32,000 nucleotides of DNA. Origin: Chlamydiota bacterium. Lineage in GTDB: Bacteria; Auribacterota; JACPWU01. The notes below the pieces were generated by a model. It was not told the DNA's origin. It was given only the letters and a program-made list of their open reading frames with translations, and did not search any database. The stretch is from contig JACPWU010000056.1 of the NCBI GenBank assembly GCA_016196885.1, forward strand, positions 30,001-62,000, given 5' to 3'. The position numbers and the translations under genes are program-made. This document shows positions 25,362 to 32,000 of the stretch, piece by piece; the first letter of the stretch is position 1, and each line of letters begins with the position of its first letter.

Positions 25362-25787
25362 TCACTCACCTTTATGCCAATTGACAATATCATCTTGAGT
25401 CCCGTCAGAACCATCGGGCCCTAAAGAGGATAGATCGAACCCCAAGGTATTTTGCTCTCCTGGACATTTGTAAAGATAGGTCTTCCCCCAAGGGTCTTTC
25501 GGAATTTTCTTCAGATAGGGTCCATTCCAATTTGTGGCACCGGCCGATTTTTCGACGAGGCTCGCAAGCCCCTGTTCTGTGGTGGGATAAGCCCCATTGT
25601 CTAATTCATAAAGATCGAGTGCCGTGCTGATATTAGATTCAATGTCTGCCTTCGTGGCTGTAATTTTAGCTTCCTGAGAGCGCCCCACCAAACGCGGGAT
25701 GGCCATGGCCGCAAGGATGCCGATGATGAGAATCACCAGCATGATTTCGATTAAGGTAAATCCATGATTCATTTTGTCATTTTTCAT
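25362..25787 (-). CDS. gspG: Major pseudopilin GspG
   Basis: HG/FTLIEIMLVILIIGILAAMAIPR, then DLYELDNGAYPTTEQGLASLV, PKDPWGKTYLYKCPG and GPDGSDGTQDDI. This is the canonical GspG pattern. Confidence 0.92.
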   Translation of the reverse strand: MKNDKMNHGFTLIEIMLVILIIGILAAMAIPRLVGRSQEAKITATKADIESNISTALDLYELDNGAYPTTEQGLASLVEKSAGATNWNGPYLKKIPKDPWGKTYLYKCPGEQNTLGFDLSSLGPDGSDGTQDDIVNWHKGE

Positions 25788-25793
25788 TTTTCC

Positions 25794-27002
25794 TCATCTG
25801 ATTAAAAAATTAATTTGAAAGATAGGAAGCAACATCGCAAAGGCAATCACGCCCACCACACCCCCGATCATGACAATCATGACAGGCTCTAAAAGGGAAG
25901 TGGCCAGCTTGATGTCTCGATCAATAGACCTTTCATAAGACTCTGCAATTCTCTTTAAGGTTTTTTCCAATTGCCCGCTTTCTTCTCCGATGACCAACAT
26001 GTTAATCAAATTAGCGGGTAAGAATCCGCTTTTTTTTAATCTCTCTCGAATCCTCTCACCGCGGCTCACCCCTGTGCGCAAATCCCTAACCTCTTCTTTA
26101 AAAATGACATTTTCAATGGTCTCTTCCACGACTTCTAATGCTTGAACAAAAGGAATCCCATTTACCAAAAGCATATGCAAGGTTCTTGTGAAGCGGGCGA
26201 TTTCTGTGTCACGATGGATGTCTCCAAAAAAGGGGAGTTTTAAGCGCATTCGATCCCAAAAAAGTTTTCCTTCGTATTTGCGCCGATGCATTTTGAAAGC
26301 AGCCCCGATTCCAATTGCAAAAAAGACAATCAGCCACCAATAATAGATCACCCCATGGCTGAAAGAAACCAAGAGCGAAGTCAAAAAAGGAAGGCTTTGC
26401 CCCAAATCCTCAAAAATTCCGGACATGCGGGGGACCACCACGGTCAGAAGAATGCAAATCACAAAAATTCCCACACACATCACAAAGACAGGGTAGGCCA
26501 GGGCAGCCTTAATTTTAGAGCGCATCTCTTCCTGCTCTTCGGCGAAATCTGCCAAACGCATCAGCACTTGATCTAAGGTGCCGCTGGTCTCTCCAGATCG
26601 GACCAAGTTAACAAAAAAGGGGGAGAAGATGGCAGGAAAGGCTCGCAAGGCATCTGAAAATTTTTGTCCCCCTCGAACAGAGGAGACGAGAGACTTCAGC
26701 ATCTCATTCATGACCTTGCCTTCGGTTTGAGATTCCACAAGTTCCAGCGCCTTTAGAAGGGTGACGCCAGAACCAATCATGTCATAGAGCTGGCGGATAA
26801 ACTGTGAGAGCTCTCGCTTCTTAATCTTATGGCGTTTGGCCTTTGGGGAAAGAGCCACTTGCTCCATCTCTCGCTCAATGCGAAGAGGGAAAAGGCTCTG
26901 ATTTTGAAGGGTCAATGCCACACGGTCTTCACTCTCAGCCTCCAGAGTACCGGTCGTCGTCTCTCCTCCAACACCTTTGGCAATGTATTTATAGAGGGGC
27001 AT
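25794..27002 (-). CDS. gspF: Type II secretion / type IV pilus platform protein GspF
   Basis: 402 aa with two repeats of the T2SF cytoplasmic domain and three TM segments, located between gspE and gspG. Confidence 0.9.
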   Translation of the reverse strand: MPLYKYIAKGVGGETTTGTLEAESEDRVALTLQNQSLFPLRIEREMEQVALSPKAKRHKIKKRELSQFIRQLYDMIGSGVTLLKALELVESQTEGKVMNEMLKSLVSSVRGGQKFSDALRAFPAIFSPFFVNLVRSGETSGTLDQVLMRLADFAEEQEEMRSKIKAALAYPVFVMCVGIFVICILLTVVVPRMSGIFEDLGQSLPFLTSLLVSFSHGVIYYWWLIVFFAIGIGAAFKMHRRKYEGKLFWDRMRLKLPFFGDIHRDTEIARFTRTLHMLLVNGIPFVQALEVVEETIENVIFKEEVRDLRTGVSRGERIRERLKKSGFLPANLINMLVIGEESGQLEKTLKRIAESYERSIDRDIKLATSLLEPVMIVMIGGVVGVIAFAMLLPIFQINFLIR

Positions 27003-27007
27003 AATTC

Positions 27008-27063
27008 AGTTGTAAGTTTTAAGTTGTAAGTTCTAAGTTTTAAAAACTAAAACTCAAAACTTA
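27008..27063 (+). repeat. Heptanucleotide tandem repeats: 5 units (agttgta agtttta agttgta agttcta agtttta), then 3 roughly complementary units (aaaacta aaactca aaactta)
   Basis: Read directly. It fills the gspE-gspF spacer and overlaps the gspE stop codon. The two halves form an imperfect AT-rich hairpin. Confidence 0.7.
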
Positions 27064-28782
27064 TATCTGGTTTTCATCTTGACTCACCCGAATCACTTCG
27101 CTGACGCTGGTCAGACCCTTTTTGACTTTCTCCCAGCCATCTTGTCCCAGGGTTCTCATGCCTCTGGCCAAGGCCAGGGCCTTGACTTCATGGGCCGCTC
27201 TTTTTTTTACAATTAAATTTCGAAGTTCATCATCCAAAACTAAAAATTCATAAATGGCTGTTCGTCCTTGATAGCCCGTGAATTTACATTTCTCACATCC
27301 GTTTCCATCGTACGCCGGCGTAGAAAGTTCCTTCGGCGACAAGCCCAAAATGGAGAGATCCTCCGGTGTCAGCTTGACTTTGTTCTTGCAATGAGGGCAA
27401 ATAAGACGTACCAGACGCTGGGCAATAATGCATTCCACAGAGGAAGCCACCAAATAGGGCTCCACTCCCATGTCCACCAAACGTGTCACTGCACCGGCCG
27501 CGTCATTCGTGTGAAGCGTGCTAAAAACCAAATGTCCCGTCAAGGCCACTCGAATTGTAATCTCTGCCGTTTCAAAATCACGAACCTCTCCCACCATCAT
27601 AATATTGGGATCGTGACGCAACATAGACCTCAAGCCCCGAGCAAACGTTAAATCAATCTTAGGATGAATCTGTATTTGCGTGACCCCTTTAATCAAATAT
27701 TCGATCGGGTCTTCAATGGTGATGATTTTCTTTTCCTCATTGTTGAGTTTTGAGAGACAGGCATAAAGCGTCGTTGTCTTTCCGCTTCCCGTAGGGCCCG
27801 TGACAAAAATAATACCATGCGGCTTTCGAATCATTTTCTCCAAGGTCTCTAGATCAGGAGGTAAAAGTCCCAGGCTTTCCAATTCCAAAAGAACGGTGTG
27901 GCTTGAGAGAAGGCGAATGTTGACGCTTTCGCCATAAGGCGTCGGAAGAATCGAAACGCGCAAATCCAAATCCTCTTCTCCTATTTTAACCTTGATTCTG
28001 CCATCTTGGGGAAGACGCCGCTCTGCAATATCTAAATTGGCCATGATTTTGATACGCGAAACAATGGAGGAATGAAAGTGACGGATGGTGGGGGGCATAG
28101 AGGCTCGATAAAGAACACCGTCAATGCGGTAGCGGATTCTCAAATCATCCTCAAAAGGTTCTATGTGAATATCCGTGGCTCGATCTTTATAACCCTCATA
28201 AAGAATTTGATTCACAAATTTAACAATCGAGGCATCTTCAGTTCCTTCAACTCCAGAGATTTCCTCCGTCTGAATGGTGGGGGTCTCAATGGCAATCGTA
28301 GGTCCGGATTCATTCAAGAGCTTCTCAACGGTTGCAGCACCGATTCCATAATATTTTTTAAGCGCTTCTTGAATGTCCCTTTCACCGGACAAAACGGGTT
28401 TGACATCACACTCTAAGGCTAATTTGATCTCGTCTAAGAGCTCGAGATTTTGCGGATCATTGGTGGCAATCACCAATTTAGAACCGCTTATTTCTACAGG
28501 AAGGAATTGATAATGATGCGCAAACTTAGCCGGGACCTTTCCAATAATCTCTCGGTCAATCACCTTATCTGAAAGATGTTGATACGGGATTTTTAAATGA
28601 TCTGCAAGGAGAGAAACAATTTTATCCTCTGGGATGTATCCGAGTTTCGCAATGACTTGATCCAATCTTTTGCTGGATTTAATGGCTTCACGAAGAGAAG
28701 CACGGACGCGTTGCTCGTCCAAAATTTTTTGCTCCAAAAGAAAGCGGCTAAAATCATCATTGTTAAATCGTGTCAAATACAT
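27061..28782 (-). CDS. gspE: Type II secretion ATPase GspE with a T2SSE_N/MshEN-like N-terminal domain
   Basis: Walker A GPTGSGKTTT, Asp box, Walker B MMVGEVRD, His box, and the tetracysteine motif CPHC...CEKC. Confidence 0.93.
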   Translation of the reverse strand: MYLTRFNNDDFSRFLLEQKILDEQRVRASLREAIKSSKRLDQVIAKLGYIPEDKIVSLLADHLKIPYQHLSDKVIDREIIGKVPAKFAHHYQFLPVEISGSKLVIATNDPQNLELLDEIKLALECDVKPVLSGERDIQEALKKYYGIGAATVEKLLNESGPTIAIETPTIQTEEISGVEGTEDASIVKFVNQILYEGYKDRATDIHIEPFEDDLRIRYRIDGVLYRASMPPTIRHFHSSIVSRIKIMANLDIAERRLPQDGRIKVKIGEEDLDLRVSILPTPYGESVNIRLLSSHTVLLELESLGLLPPDLETLEKMIRKPHGIIFVTGPTGSGKTTTLYACLSKLNNEEKKIITIEDPIEYLIKGVTQIQIHPKIDLTFARGLRSMLRHDPNIMMVGEVRDFETAEITIRVALTGHLVFSTLHTNDAAGAVTRLVDMGVEPYLVASSVECIIAQRLVRLICPHCKNKVKLTPEDLSILGLSPKELSTPAYDGNGCEKCKFTGYQGRTAIYEFLVLDDELRNLIVKKRAAHEVKALALARGMRTLGQDGWEKVKKGLTSVSEVIRVSQDENQI

Positions 28783-28815
28783 GATCGCCGGTCACCTTTT
28801 TTCGCCTCTTCTTGA

Positions 28816-28844
28816 ATTGTAACAAGTTAGAGAGAGAATTTCAA
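28816..28844 (-). promoter_or_regulatory. Candidate sigma70 promoter for the gspE operon (TTGAAA-N17-TACAAT with a TGT extended -10)
   Basis: Read on the minus strand: -35 at 28844-28839, -10 at 28821-28816. It lies about 35 nt upstream of the gspE ATG. Confidence 0.45.
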
Positions 28845-28880
28845 AATAAAAAGAATAGGCATATCCACTTGACTCCCCCA

Positions 28881-28948
28881 GTAGTCGCCCGATTCATCGG
28901 GCAATCCATGCAAGGGACACAAGGCTGCCCCATAAATGGGGCGACTAC
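28881..28948 (-). repeat. REP-like three-way-junction palindrome, copy 2 (inverted relative to copy 1, with a 24-nt insert)
   Basis: It has the same outer stem and both inner hairpins as 16637-16687. One loop substitution differs, and 24 nt (28903-28926) replace the single junction T. Confidence 0.8.
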
Positions 28949-28987
28949 AAATTCTTGCTATCTGAGGGGAATCAATGCATATGCCTA

Positions 28988-29072
28988 AAAAAGAATTCAG
29001 AAGACAGAATGAATAATGAATAAGGTGCATTATTTATTCTGAATTCTGAATTCTGTCTTCTGAATTCTTTTT
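28988..29072. repeat. 85-bp palindrome with 23-bp perfect arms, built from 7-nt-periodic units
   Basis: Arms aaaaagaattcagaagacagaat (28988-29010) and attctgtcttctgaattcttttt (29050-29072). The 39-nt spacer is partly self-complementary. The right half reads ttctgaa ttctgaa ttctgtc ttctgaa. Confidence 0.8.
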
Positions 29073-29099
29073 CTTTATTCTCTTTCTTTTAAAAATTTC

Positions 29100-29128
29100 T
29101 TGATCAGGGGACACTACCCCATTACAAT
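29100..29128 (+). promoter_or_regulatory. Candidate sigma70 promoter for gmd (TTGATC-N17-TACAAT)
   Basis: Hexamers read directly. GGAGG RBS at 29141-29145 and ATG at 29151. Confidence 0.45.
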
Positions 29129-29150
29129 GGCCGCTACAGATGGAGGCAAG

Positions 29151-30161
29151 ATGAGTCAAAAGCGAGCTTTGATCACGGGTATTACGGGGCAGGATGGTTC
29201 GTATCTGGCGGAGTTTCTTTTGGAAAAAGATTATCAAGTCTATGGGCTGATTCGGCGAAGCAGCACTCCGTCCCTAGATCGAATTCAACATTTGGATGAT
29301 AAAATAGAATTGGTTTCCGGAGATTTGATTGATGAAAATTCTTTGATTTCGGTTCTCCGGGAAACTCGGCCTGATGAAGTTTATAATTTAGCCGCACAAT
29401 CCTTCGTTCCTGCTTCCTGGACGCAACCCCTTTTGACAGGCGAAGTGACGGCCTTGGGGGTTGCCCGCATGCTGGAAGCCATTCGCATCGTCAATCCAAA
29501 AATTAAATTTTATCAAGCCTCCTCGAGTGAAATGTTTGGGCACGTTCAAGAAATACCTCAAACGGAGAAAACACCCTTTTACCCCAGAAGTCCCTATGGA
29601 GTGGCAAAACTTTATGGCCATTGGATCACGGTAAATTACCGAGAAAGCTATCATCTCTTTGCCTGCTCAGGCATTTTATTTAATCACGAATCACCCCGCC
29701 GTGGTTTAGAATTTGTGACACGAAAAATCAGTTACGGCGTTGCCTTGATTAAACACGGCTTGATTCAGGAACTCAGGCTTGGAAATTTGGATGCAAAAAG
29801 GGACTGGGGTTTTGCAGGGGATTATGTGGAGGCCATGTGGCTCATGCTTCAGCAAAAAGAGCCGAGTGATTATGTGATTGCTACAGGAAGAAATCACTCT
29901 GTGAAAGATTTTGTGGAGCTTGCCTTTAAACATGCAGGGCTCACCTGGAAAAATCATGTCGTTGTAGATCCTAAATTCATGAGACCTGCAGAGGTTCATT
30001 TTCTCTTGGGAAATGCCGAGAAGGGCATGAAGGAATTGGGATGGAGACCCAGAGTGGATTTTGAAGGCCTCGCTAAACTCATGGTTGATTCGGATATAGA
30101 ACTGGTGGGACAACTCATTCAACAAAAGGACAGGAGCTTAATTTCAAAGGTTACCCATTGA
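29151..30161 (+). CDS. gmd: GDP-mannose 4,6-dehydratase
   Basis: [36 protein letters not shown]-terminus, YGVAKLY catalytic motif, NHESPRRG. Start chosen at the ATG with the GGAGG RBS, not the TTG at 29100. Confidence 0.93.
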   Translation: MSQKRALITGITGQDGSYLAEFLLEKDYQVYGLIRRSSTPSLDRIQHLDDKIELVSGDLIDENSLISVLRETRPDEVYNLAAQSFVPASWTQPLLTGEVTALGVARMLEAIRIVNPKIKFYQASSSEMFGHVQEIPQTEKTPFYPRSPYGVAKLYGHWITVNYRESYHLFACSGILFNHESPRRGLEFVTRKISYGVALIKHGLIQELRLGNLDAKRDWGFAGDYVEAMWLMLQQKEPSDYVIATGRNHSVKDFVELAFKHAGLTWKNHVVVDPKFMRPAEVHFLLGNAEKGMKELGWRPRVDFEGLAKLMVDSDIELVGQLIQQKDRSLISKVTH

Positions 30162-31141
30162 ATATTCTCATCACCGGTGTTTCAGGTTTTGCTGGCAGCC
30201 ATTTGGCCGAATACATTGCGGGGCATGTCCCTTCCGCGGTGAAAATTCACGGGACCTACTTTCACTTGGAAGAAGCAAAAAAAAATTTAGGTCCTCTCTT
30301 TTCAAAACTCAAACTTTTTCATTACGACACGTCTCATCCTGAAACAATGGCGAAGATTCTTCGGGAATCCAGTCCTGAGATTATTTTTAATTTGGCCGGA
30401 ATTGCATATGTTCCTGATGCAGAAAAAGACAAGTTCTTAACCTACCAGATCAACACCCTCAGTGTGGATAACCTTCTTGAAGGCGTTTCTAAAATTTGCC
30501 CTGGAGCAAAGATGATCCTCATCAGTTCGAGTGAGGTCTATGGCAAAGTCAAGCCCGATGAAACACCCCTTACTGAGAAGCATCCGGTCAATCCTCACAA
30601 TATTTATGGAGCTTCGAAGGGGGCCATGGAACTCATTGGAAGATATTACTTCAATCATTCAGGCTTACAAATCATAACACTCAGGGCTTTTAATCACGCG
30701 GGACCCCGCCAGTCAGACCGATTTGTCATTTCTAATTTCTGTAGGCAGGCAGCAAAAATTAAATTGGGAATCTCCAGCCCCCGCTTAGAAGTAGGGGACC
30801 TTGAACCCCAGAGAGATTTTACAGATGTCCGAGACGTGGTACGAGGTTATTGGAATGCGGCGATCAGAGGAAAAGTAGGAGAGACCTACAATCTTTGCTC
30901 TGGTAGCGCTCATTCTATTAAAAAAATAGCTTCCATGATTGCACCATTGGCTGATCCTTCCATTGAAATTTTTCAGGATCCTACGAGACTGCGCAAAAGC
31001 AATCTGCCGTTGCTGTTAGGAAGCTTCCAAAAATTTCAAGCGGATACCGGCTGGAAGCCAGACATTCCTCTTGAGAAAACCCTGCAAGATGTTTTCGAAT
31101 TTTGGATGAAATATGAAAAAGCAGTCGTAAGTTGTAAGTAA
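30158..31141 (+). CDS. NAD-dependent epimerase/dehydratase, GDP-4-dehydro-6-deoxy-D-mannose reductase (Rmd)-like
   Basis: TTGA overlap with gmd. [14 protein letters not shown] Rossmann motif and YGASK catalytic motif. It is not GDP-fucose-synthase-like at the N-terminus. The Rmd call is by context and remains to be tested. Confidence 0.7.
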   Translation: MNILITGVSGFAGSHLAEYIAGHVPSAVKIHGTYFHLEEAKKNLGPLFSKLKLFHYDTSHPETMAKILRESSPEIIFNLAGIAYVPDAEKDKFLTYQINTLSVDNLLEGVSKICPGAKMILISSSEVYGKVKPDETPLTEKHPVNPHNIYGASKGAMELIGRYYFNHSGLQIITLRAFNHAGPRQSDRFVISNFCRQAAKIKLGISSPRLEVGDLEPQRDFTDVRDVVRGYWNAAIRGKVGETYNLCSGSAHSIKKIASMIAPLADPSIEIFQDPTRLRKSNLPLLLGSFQKFQADTGWKPDIPLEKTLQDVFEFWMKYEKAVVSCK

Positions 31142-31173
31142 ATCACGTCTACCCTCCATCCTCTTAATTTATC

Positions 31174-31203
31174 TTGACTCTTTTTGAGATGGAATGTCAT
31201 AAT
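31174..31203 (+). promoter_or_regulatory. Candidate sigma70 promoter for hppA (TTGACT-N18-CATAAT with a TGT extended -10)
   Basis: Hexamers read directly, about 57 nt upstream of the ATG at 31260. Confidence 0.4.
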
Positions 31204-31259
31204 TCGTCCACGTTTTTCCTAGACAAAAACCAATCAAAATAAAGAAGAGCCCGCTTGAT

Positions 31260-32000
31260 ATGAAAAATTTAAAAAATAAGCGTAAACTTTCGACTTTTTC
31301 CCTTTTTGTCATCAGTCTGGTTTGGATAGGTCTTTACATTTATCCAAATGTTTTTGGAGAGTCCTCTTCAGGGGGAACCCCTCCTTTTGCATTTTTTTCC
31401 TTCATGACCAATCCCCATTATACCTCCGTTGAGCGTGTTCTCCTCTGGAGCATTTTGGGGGTCGCGATTTCAGGCCTTCTTTACGCCCTCATGCTGGTAG
31501 GGCAGGTTCTTCGTGCTGAAAGAGGCACTGAAAAAATGATTCAGGTCGCCAAGGCGATTCGAGATGGAGCCAATGCCTACTTGATCCGACAATTTAAAAC
31601 CATTGCTCTTCTCATTGTTGTCCTCACCGTGGCCCTCTATTATACGGGGCTGGGTGCAGGAACCCATGTAGCCATTGGGAGGGCTTTTGCGTTCTTAATG
31701 GGGGCTATTTTTTCAGCGATGGTCGGCTGCGTAGGAATGAACCTTGCCGTACAGGGAAATCTCCGCGTGGCGGCCGCCTCTCGAAAAAGTTTTGGAAATG
31801 CACTTCAAATTGCCTACCGCACGGGCACGATTACGGGCATGCTGACCGATGGTTTGGGACTTTTGGGCGGCACGGTGATTTTTATGGCCTATGGTGAAAA
31901 GGCTTATGAAGTTCTTTTAGGATTCGGCTTCGGAGGAACCTTGCTGGCCCTTTTCATGAGGGTAGGCGGCGGCATTTACACGAAGGCAGCAGATGTGGGG
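31260..32000 (+). CDS. hppA: Membrane-bound proton/sodium-translocating pyrophosphatase, 3' end outside window
   Basis: Hand-translated; the frame is open to the window end, so it is absent from the ORF track. Conserved blocks are AIRDGANAYL, GCVGMNLAVQGNLRVA, IAYRTGTITGML and FMRVGGGIYTKAADVG. An alternative start is the ATG at 31404. Confidence 0.88.
   Translation, partial: MKNLKNKRKLSTFSLFVISLVWIGLYIYPNVFGESSSGGTPPFAFFSFMTNPHYTSVERVLLWSILGVAISGLLYALMLVGQVLRAERGTEKMIQVAKAIRDGANAYLIRQFKTIALLIVVLTVALYYTGLGAGTHVAIGRAFAFLMGAIFSAMVGCVGMNLAVQGNLRVAAASRKSFGNALQIAYRTGTITGMLTDGLGLLGGTVIFMAYGEKAYEVLLGFGFGGTLLALFMRVGGGIYTKAADVG

Noticed and set aside
16637-28948. Secretion cluster as a transposon or genomic island bounded by inverted repeats
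   Set aside because: There is no transposase, integrase or target-site duplication. Promoters and codon style look like the neighbours by eye. The flanking elements are short REP-like palindromes rather than IS ends. I kept only the weaker bracketing or inversion hypothesis as a finding.
5881-29072. CRISPR array
   Set aside because: The repeats are palindromic modules of different sequence at scattered spacers. They are not regularly spaced direct repeats, and no cas genes are in the window.
28827-29237. Two 67-aa minus-strand ORFs in the gspE/gmd spacer
   Set aside because: Both are translations of the REP copy (GLPDESGDY-type peptide) and of the heptamer palindrome (SEDRIQNSE). They overlap the predicted promoters and have no RBS.

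Overview
Gene-dense bacterial chromosomal window that looks moderately AT-rich by eye (GC not computed). The taxon cannot be assigned without a database search. The gene content suggests a diderm, probably uncultivated, lineage.

Plus-strand block, 1-17.3 kb: a 5'-truncated PfkB kinase, tRNA-Gly(CCC), ispG, and an ABC-2 exporter cluster (permease, ATPase, permease, TPR-like protein). These are followed by a small Zn-ribbon protein and a complete Bat/MoxR-vWA operon: moxR, DUF58, a BatD-N/DUF4381-like protein, and batA-E. Downstream are an M50 site-2 protease, thiD, a HIT protein and an SLT lytic transglycosylase.

Minus-strand block, 17.35-28.8 kb: a 12-gene, translationally coupled cluster in the order gspE-F-G-H-I-J-K, PilM/PilN fusion, PilO-like, ExeA-like ATPase, GspC/PilP-like, secretin. 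It combines a full T2SS pseudopilin set with MSH/T4P-like assembly parts.

Plus strand again: gmd, an rmd-like reductase, and the 5' part of an H+-pyrophosphatase.

The least explained signal lies in the spacers. (i) Degenerate tandem repeats with a strict 7-nt period sit at many gene boundaries. (ii) A mosaic family of C-tract/G-tract hairpin modules is present. (iii) A GTAG-initiated three-way-junction palindrome occurs twice in opposite orientation, bracketing the SLT gene and the secretion cluster. (iv) An 85-bp palindrome with 23-bp perfect arms lies between the divergent gspE and gmd promoters.

I saw no CRISPR array, transposase, integrase or recognisable defence genes.
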